A DNA stretch of 64,000 bases, taken from the NCBI RefSeq assembly GCF_006345805.1, contig NC_043006.1, forward strand, positions 82,894,001-82,958,000, read 5' to 3'. Below the pieces are notes generated by a model. The model was given only the letters and a program-made list of their open reading frames with translations, was not told the DNA's origin and ran no database searches. Shown here piece after piece: positions 1 through 11,914 of the stretch. A program made the translations under genes and the position numbers. Each line of letters opens with the position of its first letter. Position 1 is the first letter of the stretch. This stretch comes from Octopus sinensis (taxonomy: Eukaryota).

Positions 1-19
1 CTTATTTTCTTTTTATATC

Positions 20-436
20 TGGTAGTTATTTTATCGGTCACTTTAGCCGAACCGCTAGATCACGGGGACGTAAACGCACCACCACCGGTTATCAAGTGGT
101 GGCGGGGGATAAAACACAGACACAAAAACAAACACATACTCACATATGCATGTGTGTGTATGTTTGTGTGCGTGCGTGGTCGTGTGTGTGTGTGTGTGTG
201 TGTATGTATGTGTGTATGTATGTATGTATATATGTATGTATTTATGTGTGTATGTATGTATGTATGTATTATGTATGTATGAAAACTTATTGACACTGCT
301 TCTCTTGCCATCCTATAAAATATTTACTGCCAGAAATATTTATACCAGAAAACTTATAACCCGATACTATAAGAAGACACTTGCTTAAGGTGCCACGCTG
401 TGTGAATGAACCCGGAACCATGGTGTTGGGAAGTAC
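20..436 (-). mobile_element. tRNA-derived SINE family A, degenerate copy with internal microsatellite
   Basis: Tail-like CCGAACCGCTAG..GGGGACGTAAAC at 5' of window and head-like AGAAGACACTTGC..AAGGTGCCACGC..GAACCCGGAACCATG, as in better copies at 10256 and 50808. Confidence 0.7.
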
Positions 437-1056
437 ATCTATATATTTCATGGCAAAATTGGGAAGGTCGCATCATTACTCAAGTATCGAAGAATTATAT
501 GCAACAACAAATCTGTAAACGTGAAGATATGGAAGGCAAGCGCCCCGAGACATCTAACGACTAATGTATGTATCTTATTTGCTGTAGCTGTGAAACATTT
601 GTTGAGAATACATCCAAGCGCAATTGTGAATACTTTTAGCACGCTGGTGGTTTGTGGTTAAGCACTCCATAAATGATTATATAATTTAAAAGATTATAGC
701 ATAAAACGTGAAAGTTAACACTATTGGTGTATGCTGATAGTGAAAACAACTTCAGCACATACAGACTTATAATAAAGTATGAACTGAAAAAAAAAAAAGC
801 GTTGCATTGCTTACAAGGCAAAATTTAAACAGGATAGTAATAGAATTTTCTGTTGAAAAGAACAGCAATGCAGCTCTAGAAAATTTGGTGTTGTTAAGAG
901 CAACATCAGTTTATGGAGACAGAATTAAACCTAACTGCAGAAAATTTGAAGCAGTAAACAATTTCTAAGACAGAATTGGAAAGAGAATTGGCTGACAACG
1001 ACAAAGAGGATTATGTCGTAACATCACAACATCTAATATTACGATACATCAATGCG

Positions 1057-1272
1057 ACGAGCAGGCAGAGTCGTTAGCACGCCGGGCAAAATGCTTGGCG
1101 TTATTTTGTCCGTTTTATGTTATGAGTTAAAACTCTACCGAGGTGGACTTTGCCTTTCATCCTTTTGGAGTCGACAAAAAGATAGACCAGTTGAGCCCTA
1201 GGATCGATGTAATCAGCTTACATTTTCCCCCTAATTTGCTGGCCTTGTGCCAAAATTTGAAACTAATATTAT
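1057..1272 (+). mobile_element. tRNA-derived SINE family B
   Basis: GGCAGAGTCGTTAGCACGCCGGGCAAAATGC head, GACTTTGCCTTTCATCCTTT core, GGCCTTGTGCCAAAATTTGAAAC tail; the same blocks recur at about 10 sites. Confidence 0.85.
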
Positions 1273-1394
1273 AATACACTGCAGATCTCATCTCATCAGT
1301 GAACAGAATAAGTGATATTTGATTAGGTGTTAGTTTTCTTAGATTAATAGTACACTATAGAATAATCTAACCATGTTGTCAGTGCATGCAATCT

Positions 1395-1880
1395 AGACCA
1401 AGGCTTCCCAATAATTTTATCCTTGGAGAGTCTTTGAATGCCTTCCATGTCACAGACACATTTACGTCAAAATTATTATATAACTTTATTAATATTTTCG
1501 TTTCTCTTTCGTAAAGCTGAATTTTATAAGATCAAACAACTCATAAAAATGTCTTTGAAAGATTTAGCAATGTGACACTGTCAGATGCCACAAAAAAGTC
1601 TACAGAAATATCGTCTCAAACAATACATTATTTAGATCAATTTCCTCTATAAAATTCACACTAACAGCTTATTTTTCCCGTAGGAACACTTTAAAATTTA
1701 GGTAGATGGATTTCATTGCCGAGAGTATATAATAAAATTACTTATATAACATTAAACACAAAATATTTTGATAGTACTTTTGCATAGAATTAGCCTAGTT
1801 ATCAATAGGATTCCATGAGAGTTTCAGAAATCATTATGAGTCGGTTAGGACTTTAGGATTCCCTGGAACAAAGTGGTGTA
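1395..1880. mobile_element. possible degenerate hAT-type MITE
   Basis: Ends CAAGGCTTCCCAATAATTTT and TTCCCTGGAACAAAGTGGTG loosely resemble Charlie-type termini; highly decayed. Confidence 0.3.
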
Positions 1881-2770
1881 AATGAGCCAGTGCAAAAGAA
1901 ATCATAGTTTGTTTTACATGATACAATCAGCAGCAAACTACAAATCACATTATCATACTTTTCTGTCCACGGAGACACAAACATACTTTACTTTCAAAGC
2001 AAGGGTAAATTGTATGTTTAATAAAAAAAGGTATACTTTGCATCTCAAATCATCCGACAAATGCTGTGTTGTGCATCTAAATACTACTCCATGCACTGTT
2101 GTGCAAATCAGACTGTTACGTCCAAGTTTTTATAAACTGTACATAGCTATAAGCTATTAATAGCTATCTATGAGTTATAACGCAAACCGCACACGTGTAT
2201 TCTTTACCTGATGAAGGCAAAACAAGTCATGGAACTACTCATAGACATTCCACGATAAATATAACTGCGGTGAGCTTGAAATTATATGCGGATCATTTAT
2301 ATTCTGAGAATGTCTGCCAAAATATTTGTAGCTTAATTCATCAAGTGTTCAAACATAAGTACACGCGTTCATATATCGATATAAACATACGTACAAATAT
2401 ACATATATAACGTGTTTATATGTATTATAACACGAGAAATTAGAGAAAAATGCCCCGAAGTGTGTGTCAGTGTGAGTGTGTACGTGTCAGTGTATGTGTG
2501 TGTGTGTGTCAGTGTGTGTGCGTGTGTGTGTGTGTGTGTTTGTGTGTGTGTGTGAATGTATGTATTCATGTATGTGTGTTTGCATATATGCGTGTGTATA
2601 GGTATATAAATATCTATGAATGTAGGTATGCATACACAATAATATACGAGCATTTGCATGTATATAATCATTATATTATAAATATGTGTATATGGATGGC
2701 CATGTATATGTATATATATTGCTTTATTGTTTTATTCTTTTTTCTTTCTTGTTTGTTTGTTTCAGTCTCC

Positions 2771-2862
2771 GTAGTTTGTAACATCATCCCATAATCAACC
2801 TTGTCAAAAGCCTTTGCGAAGTCGAGATATATGGCGTCCACGTGAGAGCGATTCATTCATTC
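2771..2862 (-). pseudogene. CR1/L2-like LINE reverse transcriptase fragment
   Basis: Translation VDAIYLDFAKAFDKVDYG matches the D.iylDF.KAFD.V motif of non-LTR RTs; only about 30 codons. Confidence 0.8.
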
Positions 2863-2891
2863 ATTAATAGTATATATAATATGCACATATT

Positions 2892-3099
2892 CTTTTATTC
2901 TTTTATTTGTTTCTGTCATTTGACTGCGGCCAAGCTGGAGGACCGCCTTTAGTCAAACACGTCAACCCCAAGACTTATTCTTTGTAAGCCTAGTACTAAT
3001 CCTATCGGTCGCTTTTGCCGAAACGCTAGGTTACGGGAGCGTAAACACAGAAACATCGCTTGTCAAGCGATGTTGGGAGGACAAACATAGACACACAAT

Positions 3100-3156
<57 letters not shown>

Positions 3157-3357
3157 GTATGTATTTATGTATGTATGTATGTATCTATGTATGTATGTAT
3201 GTATGTATGTATGTATATACAACGGGCTTCTTTCAGTTTTCGTCTACCAAATCCATTCACATGGTTTTGCTCGGCCCGAAGCTAAAGAAGACACGCAGTG
3301 GGGCTGAACCTGGAACCATGTGGTTGGGAAGCAAGCTTCTTACCACCCACCTACGCC

Positions 3358-3358
<1 letters not shown>
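2892..3358 (-). mobile_element. SINE family A, full length
   Basis: Tail (TCTTTTATTTGTTTCTGTCATTTGACTGCGGCC), internal (CA)n/(TA)n/(TATG)n, head ending CCTACGCC. Confidence 0.9.
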
Positions 3359-3419
<61 letters not shown>

Positions 3420-3584
3420 CATCTATATATATATATATATATATAATATATATATACATACATAGATACATACATACACACACACACAACACACAGAACT
3501 TTTATAAAAATATTTTTTTTATATAAATTATAAATATAAGGTTAGCAATTTGTTGCTAAACCCTTAATTAATATATATATATAT

Positions 3585-3648
<64 letters not shown>

Positions 3649-3654
3649 TATATA

Positions 3655-4935
3655 CAGGCTGCGGTGAATAAACTGTAGTCTAATTCGCAAAAATGAAAAT
3701 AATAATGATATCTCATTTTAACAGATGTACCAAAAATTACATGAAAATATCTTAAAATACAAAGGAGCCAATTTATTCTATAAAATCGCCATTGACTCCA
3801 ACCACGCCCTCCAAACGACTTCGGAATTTCCTGCAACTCTTTTGGATAGTCTCTTTGTTTAAGTTGGTGAATGATCTCATAAGCCTTGACTTCGGTAACT
3901 CTTTGGTGTTATAAGGAGTTTTGTTGGTCTCTCACTGAACTGCACCCCACACATAATAATCAAGTGAGTTGCAGTCTGGGGAGTTAGGTAGCCAAATGTT
4001 AGGAGTGATGTGGTTGGAGAAACTGTTTGACCACCCTGACTGGGTTCTCCTGCTTGTGTGGCCTGGTGCAGAGTCCTGTTGCCGGATATTGGGTTTTCCA
4101 GCAGCCACCCTCTTGACCCAGGGCAGCACTACCTCCTCCAGGCACTTGATGTAAATCTCCATGTTGAGTGTGAGGCCGTGTGGGAAGATGATTGGAGGCA
4201 TAACATTACCATCACTAGTGATCACTCCAAACACATGACGTTGACTGGATATTTGATTTTTATCACTCTCGGTACATGTTTTGGGGACACGGGAAGCCAA
4301 TGGTTGTTCTGTGTGTTCACCATCCGATCTCGACAGAAACTTTTCTCGTCTGAGAAAAACCAAAGCATGTCGTTTGGAGGGGATGCTTGAGTTTGTTCAA
4401 AAGCTTCGTAACGCAATCTTCCCTCTTGTTCTTGAAGGCTTGAGATAAAAATTGGACCTTTCTCATCCTGTATGAAAAATACCGAAAATCATCCTGCACT
4501 ACCTGCTCGATAAGGAACTCAGACACGTCCATGTCCCTGGAGATGGACCTGATTAATTTAGAAGGATCGTTGTCATTCATGGCCTGGATCTCACCAGCAA
4601 ATTCGGGAGTTCTTTTCTTATCAGAACAATCAGAGTGGATTTTCAGAGCAGCTGCACCTACGTAATCACCGTAAGACTCATCCACCTCTTTCCGAATCCT
4701 CTGTAATGTCGACAGATTGACACCTAAGCAAACTAAAATGCTAGTAATTGAGCTTCCGGTGTAAATGCCAAGCCGTAGAGAATGTCGTTTCCAAATTTCG
4801 TCGAGGTGCCGTTTTTCTCACAGACGGTGCCCAACTGATCCTACAATAATGTGTAGTCGACAAAATGAAAAACAACCAATGCGCATGCGTGAAATTAAAA
4901 ATATGATCTGCCGACAATTCACTCATCGCAGCCTG
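3655..4935 (-). mobile_element. Tc1/mariner DD37D (maT-like) transposon, full-length but frameshifted
   Basis: TIRs CAGGCTGCGGTGAATAAACTG / CAGGCTGCGATGAGTGAATTG, TA on both sides; transposase pieces FFSDEKSF, QQDSAPGH and WLPNSPDCNSLDYYVWG, with 37 residues between the second and third D. Confidence 0.92.
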
Positions 4936-4950
4936 TATATATATATATAT

Positions 4951-5071
4951 TATTAATGAATTGAAGAAATGGAGTTGAACGAAGATTGAACAGAAATCGT
5001 TTTATTTCATTCTACACGTGTTCGATTTCTGTTCAATCTTCGTTCAACTCCATTTCTTCAATTCACTAATA
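4951..5071. repeat. inverted repeat, 49-bp arms, 23-bp spacer, abutting (TA)n
   Basis: TATTAATGAATTGAAG..GAAATCG mirrored by CGATTTC..CTTCAATTCACTAATA with 1 mismatch. Confidence 0.9.
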
Positions 5072-5351
5072 ATATTAAAATTCAATTATCCGCACCAACA
5101 CACGGTTGCAACACCATATGGTTGTACCTCCAACCGTGCTGTCTTCTGCTGTGATTTTTGCTACCAAGGTATCGGTTAAACTTTTGATTAATCTGCAACA
5201 AGATTATTCATTTCTGTTTCACATATATATATATATATATGTATGTATGTGTGTATACACACACAGACATACATAAAAACATACATACATACATACATAC
5301 ATACATACATACATACATACATACATACATACATACATACATACATACATA

Positions 5352-6150
5352 CAGAGTGTGGTGAATAAACTGCTGTGTAAATTACGCAAAAGTTAAAAAT
5401 AACACTGACATCTCACTTTAACAGGTAAATTAAACACAATTATAAAAAAAAAATATCTTGAAATACTAAAGAGTAAATTTATTCAATAAAATCGCCATTG
5501 GCTTCAAACACAGCCTCCAAACGATTTCGGAATCTCCTGCATGGTCTCCTTCTTTACGTTGGTGAATGCTTCCATAATCCTTGCCTTCAATTCATCTTTG
5601 GTGTCACAAGAAGTTTTGTAATTCTCTCGCTCACCTCTGTCCCACACATAATAGGTGGCCAGATGTTAGGTGTGATGTGGTCGCAGAAATTGTATGACAG
5701 CCATGACTGGGTTCTCCTGCTTGTATGGCATGGTACAGAGTCCTGTTGCCAGACATAGGGTCTTCTAGCAGCCACCTTCTTGATTCAAGACAGCAGTACC
5801 TCTTACAGGCACTTGATGTAGGCCTCTGTGTTGAGTTTGAGGTCGTGTGAGTAGATGACTGGTTGCATAACGTCGCCATCACTAGTCATCACTCCAAGCA
5901 CCATGATGTTGACTGGATGATTTTTATCACTCTCGGTACCTGTTCTCAGATCGCACTGTGCTCAGATTGATACCCAGTTACTCTGAAATATTCGCATTGA
6001 AGCTTCAGGCGCGAATGCCAAGCAGTACAGCGTGCCTTTTCCAAATTTCTGGCAGAGTGAATTGCCTCATGGTGCTCACGGACAGTTCTCAAATGATCCT
6101 GCAATAGTGTGCAGTCAACGAAATCATAAACAAAGAAAGTACCTGCGCGA
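5352..6150 (-). mobile_element. maT-like transposon copy 2, internally deleted/truncated
   Basis: Starts CAGAGTGTGGTGAATAAACTG after (CATA)n; encodes WQQDSVPCHTSRRTQSWLS..HITPNIWPP; colinear with 3655-4935. Confidence 0.85.
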
Positions 6151-6204
6151 AATAAAAAATATAAAAAATTTTAAATGTATGGATATATATTTGTTTCAAA
6201 ACTA

Positions 6205-6600
6205 CTAGGTTCTGGGTGCAATCCGTTCTGTGACTATGGGCACGTGTGTCCTAATATGGCCACAGGTCGACCAAAGCCTTGTCAGAGAATTTGGTAGATG
6301 AAAACTGAATAGAGTCCGTCGTATATATATATTATATATATATATATATATATAAGATATATATATATATATATATATATAAATATATATATATGTGTGG
6401 TGTGTGCGTGTGTTTGTGTGTGTGGTGTGTGTATGCCACCGATAAACGCCTTCGCAACCACTGTTGGCTTGTTTACGTCCCTCTAACCTCTGCAAAAGAG
6501 TTGGATAGAATGAGCACCACCCATAGGTAAGTACTGGGGTCCATTTGTTCGACTACATATTTCAAGGCGATGTCCCAACATGCCCACACACATGCACAAA
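6205..6600 (+). mobile_element. SINE family A, degenerate
   Basis: GTCGACCAAAGCCTTGT..TTTGGTAGATGAAAACTGAA head block, TA tract, GTTTACGTCCC tail block. Confidence 0.7.
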
Positions 6601-6738
6601 TACACACACACACGCGCACACAGGCACACATACACACACACGTACATCTACATACATACATACATACATACATACATACATACATACATACATACATACA
6701 TACATACATACATACATACTTACATACATACATACATA

Positions 6739-6830
6739 CAGGGGTTGGGCAAAATAATGGAAACATCTGGCATCAATGCATCATAATATTGAAAAACCTA
6801 TATATATATATATAACATAAGTAAAGGATA
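6739..6830 (+). mobile_element. Tc1-like terminus fragment
   Basis: TA|CAGGGGTTGGGCAAAATAATGGAAACA resembles Tc1-family TIRs; no partner TIR except in the inverted duplicate. Confidence 0.55.
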
Positions 6831-6926
6831 AACTCATTAAAATTTATGAATTTTATCAGTGGCCTGCATATAAAGAAAAAAACCTTTAAGGTAAAATACA
6901 TTTATAGGGATATATAATTGTATAGC

Positions 6927-7057
6927 GTACAATTATACTTACGAGCACAAAATCTATCATATCTATATGCTGAAAGAAGCTGTATACACCGACGTAAGAG
7001 TCGTATTCTTTCAGCATATAGGTAGGAGAGCATTTGTGCCCGTAAGTATAATTGTAC
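6927..7057. mobile_element. fold-back MITE-like element
   Basis: GTACAATTATACTTACGAGCACAA / TTGTGCCCGTAAGTATAATTGTAC outer arms and TATATGCTGAAAGAA / TTCTTTCAGCATATA inner arms. Confidence 0.7.
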
Positions 7058-7084
7058 CATATACACTAAATATATATACTCTCT

Positions 7085-7310
7085 CTTTTATTCTTTTACT
7101 TGTTTCAGTCATTTGACTGCGGCCATGCTGGAGCACCGACTTTTTTTAGTCCAGCAAATCGACCCCGGGACTTATTCTTTGTAAGCCCAGTACTTATTCT
7201 ATCGGTCTCTTTTGCTGAACCGCTAAGTGACGGGGGCGTAAACACACCAGCATCAGTTGTCAAGCAATGCTAGGGGGACAAACACAGACACACAAACACA
7301 CACACACATA
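7085..7310 (-). mobile_element. SINE family A tail half
   Basis: TCTTTTACTTGTTTCAGTCATTTGACTGCGGCCATGCTGGAGCACC..GACAAACACAGACAC; mirrored at 7790-8008. Confidence 0.9.
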
Positions 7311-7319
7311 CATGTATAC

Positions 7320-7355
<36 letters not shown>

Positions 7356-7661
7356 TATATATATATATAATATATATAATTATATATATATATATATATA
7401 TATGTATACATGTATGTGTGTGATAATATATTATATATATATATATAATATATATATGTACATGTATGTGTGTGTGTGTACTATTCTAGCCCAGTACTTA
7501 TTCTATCGGTCTCTTTTGCTGAACCGCTAAGTGACGGGGGCGTAAACACACCAGCATCAGTTTGTCAAGCAATGCTAGGGGACAACACAGACACACAAAC
7601 ACACACACACATACAGTATAACATATATATATATATAATATATATATAATATGGATATATA

Positions 7662-7701
<40 letters not shown>

Positions 7702-7735
7702 ATATATATATATATGTATACATGTATGTGTGTGA

Positions 7736-7775
<40 letters not shown>

Positions 7776-8499
7776 TACATGTATGTGTGTGTGTGTTTGT
7801 GTGTCTGTGGTTGTCCCACTAGCATTGCTTGACAACTGATGCTGGTGTGTTTACGCCCCCGTCACTTAGCGGTTCAGCAAAAGAGACCGATAGAATAAGT
7901 ACTGCGGCTTACAAAGAATAAGTCCCGGGGTCGATTGCTGGACTAAAAAAAGTCGGTGCTCCAGATGGCCGCAGTCAAATGACTGAAACAAGTAAAGATA
8001 AAAGAGAGAGTATATATATTTAGTGTATATGGTACAATATACTTACGGCACAAATGCTCTCCTACCTATATGCTGAAAGAATACGACTCTTACGTCGGTG
8101 TATACAGCTTCTCAGCATATAGATATGATAGATTTTGTGATCTCGTAAGTATAATTGTACGCTATACAATTATATATCCCTATAAATGTATTTTACCTTA
8201 AAGGTTTTTTTCTTTATATGCAGGCCACTGATAAAATTCATAAATTTTAATGAGTTTATCCTTTACTTATGTTATATATATATATATAGGTTTTTCAATA
8301 TTATGATGCATTGATGCCAGATGTTTCCATTATTTTGCCCAACCCCTGTATGTATGTATGTATGTAAGTATGTATGTATGTATGTATGTATGTATGTATG
8401 TATGTATGTAGATGTATGTAGATGTACGTGGTGTGTGGATGTGTGCCTGTGTGCGCGTGTGTGTGTGTATTTGTGCATTTGTTTGGGCCTGTTGGGACA

Positions 8500-8886
8500 T
8501 CGCCTTGAAATAGTAGTCGAACAAATGGACCCCGTACTTACCTATGGGTGGTGCTCATTCTATCCAACTCTTTTGCAGAGGGTTAGAGGGACGTAAACAA
8601 GCCAACAGTGGTTGCGAAGCGTTTATCGGTGGCATACACACACACACACACACAAACACACGCCACCACACACACACACCATATTATATATATATATATA
8701 TATAATATATATATAACAATATACGACAGGCTTCTTTCAGTTTCCGTCATACAAATCCAATCACCAAGGCATTGGTCGGACCGGGGCTATAGCAGAAGAC
8801 ACTTGCCCAAGTTACCACGCAGTGGGACTGAACCGGAACCATGTGGCTGGTAGCAAGCTACTTATCACACAGCCACTCCTGCGCCT
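8500..8886 (-). mobile_element. SINE family A (apparently chimeric tail/head)
   Basis: Tail belongs to the inverted duplicate of the 6205 copy; head 8725-8886 (GCAGTGGGACTGAACC..CACAGCCACTCCTGCGCC) is closer to consensus than the 6205 head. Confidence 0.75.
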
Positions 8887-9044
8887 TTATTCTTTATTTT
8901 ATTTACTTCTTTAAATTGTTCCAGCTTCGAGCTCCATTGATATGTGGTATTTGGTGAATGAGGGAATTTAAGGCTGGTGCACTCATCTGTGTTTCCTACC
9001 AGGAAGTAGGCACACTGGAAACCTTGTCCATATATATATATACG

Positions 9045-9127
<83 letters not shown>

Positions 9128-9342
9128 TACTCTTTTACTCTTTTACTTGTTTCAGTCATTTGACTGCTGCCATGCTGGAGCACCGCCTTTAATCGAGCTT
9201 ATTCTTTTGTAAGCCCAGTACTTATTCTATCGGTCATTATGCCGAACCGCTAAGTAACGGGGACATAAACACACCAGCATCGGTTGTCAAGCAATGCTAG
9301 GGGGACAACAAACACAGACACACAAACACACAAACACACACA

Positions 9343-9382
<40 letters not shown>

Positions 9383-9505
9383 TATGTACGACGGGCTTCT
9401 TTCAGTTTCCGTCTACCAAATCCACTCACAAGACATTGGTCGGCCCCAAGGCTATAGTTAGAAGACACTTGCCCAAGGTGACACGCAGTGGGACTGAACC
9501 CGGAA

Positions 9506-9510
<5 letters not shown>
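9128..9510 (-). mobile_element. SINE family A, head truncated
   Basis: Tail and head blocks present, ends GAACCCGGAACCA at (TA)n. Confidence 0.9.
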
Positions 9511-9579
<69 letters not shown>

Positions 9580-9580
9580 A

Positions 9581-9975
9581 ATATCAGAGAGTGGTCACTA
9601 TATGGCTCACTCTAGGCACCAGTTAATCCAAAAGGTTTCAACCACGAAATACATGTTTCCCATGAAAGTCAGTACGATTGTTAGCTCACACGGACAGGGC
9701 AAATAAAAAAAACAAATAACAAATAATAAACAATAAAAAATAACAATCGTACTGACTTTCATGGGAACATGTATTTTCGTTGGGTTGAACCTTTGGATTA
9801 ACTGGTGCTAGAGTGAGCCATATAGTGACCACCTCTCTTATATTTATTTGTAAAAATATTATAATATGTTATAAAATATTATAATAATCCAGGTTTCTCG
9901 GAGCACTAGGCCACTTGGTGTTGAATAGATTATACTATTAAATTAGTATCTAATTCTCTCACCCTTAGTAATTAA
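9581..9975. repeat. element with about 100-bp inverted arms between (TA)n tracts
   Basis: 9581-9683 mirrored by 9741-9845, about 57-bp spacer, then about 130 bp unique to the next TA tract. Confidence 0.85.
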
Positions 9976-10255
9976 TTATATATATATATATACTATATAT
10001 ATATATATTATATATGTATGTAGGTATATATGTATGTGTATGTATATATGTATGTATGTATATCTAAATGTCTATGAGGACTGCTTAATACAGTTTTTGA
10101 AGTGTAAAGGTGATTTTTAAAACAGGTTATTTTCAAAAAAATTGATGAAATCTTTTATGAGAATGTTACTAACATTTTGCGGCGAAGAAGTATTTTTCTA
10201 GAGTGTGAGCACTTTAGTAAAATCTTTTCAAACACACGTATATATATACATACAT

Positions 10256-10422
10256 GGCGCAGAAGTGGCTGTGTGGTAGGTAGCTTGCTTACTAACCACA
10301 TGGTTCCTGTTTCAGTCCCACTGCGTGGCACCTTGGGCAAGTGTCTTCTACTATAGCCTCGGGCCGATGAAAGCCTTGTGAGTGGATTTGCTAGACGGAA
10401 ACTGAAAGAAGCCCGTCATATG

Positions 10423-10513
<91 letters not shown>

Positions 10514-10738
10514 GTGTGTGCATGTGTGTGTATATGTTTGTGTGTCTGCGTTTGTACCCCCAACATCGCTTGACAACTGATGCTGGTGTGTTTACGTCCC
10601 CGAAACTTAGCGGTTCGGCAAAAGAGACCGATAGAATAAGTACTAGGATTACAAGGAATAAGTCCTGGGGTCGATTTGCCCGTCTAAAAGTGGTGCTCCA
10701 GCATGGCCACAGTCAAAGGCTTGAAACAAGTAAAAGAG
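10256..10738 (+). mobile_element. SINE family A, full length
   Basis: GGCGCAGAAGTGGCTGTGTGG (A-box-like), GTTTCAGTCCC (B-box-like), internal (TA)n(TG)n, tail ..GAAACAAGTAAAAGAG. Confidence 0.92.
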
Positions 10739-10744
10739 TATACA

Positions 10745-10780
<36 letters not shown>

Positions 10781-10793
10781 TATATATAATTAA

Positions 10794-10978
10794 GACCATA
10801 GAGAAAATCTAGCTTATATGCCGAAAAGAGACGCCAAATCGTCCAACCACTTTAAATCGTCACGTGTGAAACTTTTGCAAATATAGATATGTAAACGTGT
10901 GTAATTTTGTGACGATTTAAAGTGGTTGGTCGATTTACCGTCTCTTGTAAGCATATAGGCTAGATTTTTCCTATGCCC
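10794..10978. mobile_element. 185-bp fold-back MITE with TTAA TSD (Kolobok-like termini)
   Basis: TTAA at 10790-10793 and 10979-10982; GACCATAGAGAAAATCTAGCTTATATGC vs reverse complement GGGCATAGGAAAAATCTAGCCTATATGC; inner arms also pair. Confidence 0.75.
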
Positions 10979-10995
10979 TTAATTATAATTATATA

Positions 10996-11446
10996 CTCTT
11001 TTACTTGTTTCAGTCATTTGACTGCGGCCATGCTGGAGCACCGCCTTTAGTCGAGCAAATCGACCCCGGGACTTATTCTTTGTAAGCCCAGTACTTATTC
11101 TTTCGGTCTCTTATGCCGAACCGCTAAGTGACGGGGACGTAAACACACCAGCATCGGTTGTCAAGCAATGCTAGAGGGACAAACACAGACACACAAACAT
11201 ATACATACACATATGCGCAACTCCATTGTCTCCCGAGACAAAAAGGATGCCAACTACACACACATATATATATACATATATACGTCAGGCATCTTTCAGT
11301 TTCCGTCTACCAAATCCACTCACAAGGCTTTGGTCGGCTCGAGGCTATAGTAGAAGACACTTGCCTAAGATGCCACGCAGTGGGACTGAACCCGTTACCA
11401 TGTGGTCGGTTAGCAAGCTACTTACCACACAGCCACTCCTGCGCCT
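10996..11446 (-). mobile_element. SINE family A, full length
   Basis: Near-consensus tail and head ending CACAGCCACTCCTGCGCCT. Confidence 0.92.
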
Positions 11447-11754
11447 ATATATATATGATTTAACATTCATAGGTCTATTATTACATGCTGGCTACAGATT
11501 TTTGAAGATTTCATTCTTTATTATTATAATTGAAATATTATATATACATATTTAATATTAGTGTTTGAGGGTATATAGTTAATAATATGTCGATATCCAC
11601 ATAGATTCTATACAAGTAAAAATATCTATCTATCTCTTGTAATATGTGTATATATATATATGTGCATATAATCTATATAAACATCCAAACGTATTCTGAA
11701 AATATAAACATACACACATACATATATTTACAAGTGTATTAATCTAATATGAAT

Positions 11755-11914
11755 AGCTCAGAAGTGGTTGTGTGGCAAGAAACTTGCTTCCCAAACACAT
11801 GATTCCGGTTTCAGTCTCACTGCGTGGCACCTTGGGTGAGTGTCATTCACCATAACCACGGGCCGACGAAAGTCTGTGAGTGCATTTGACAGAAGAAACT
11901 GAAAAAAGCCCGTC
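11755..11914 (+). mobile_element. SINE family A head only
   Basis: AGTGGTTGTGTGGCAAG..CACTGCGTGGCACCTTGGG..AAACTGAAAAAAGCCCGTC followed by (TA)n. Confidence 0.8.

Larger units (their letters stand above)
6330..8700. repeat. large inverted duplication (about 1-kb arms) with an internal direct duplication
   Basis: 7770-8700 is the reverse complement of about 6400-7330 (mirror ORFs 6473..6766 minus and 8321..8596 plus); 7487-7770 repeats 7185-7480. Confidence 0.9.

Noticed and set aside
2205-2250. CTGATGA-A-GGC..GTC possible hammerhead
   Set aside because: No properly placed GAAA or stem I partner; a weak GIY-YIG-like reading upstream is not convincing.
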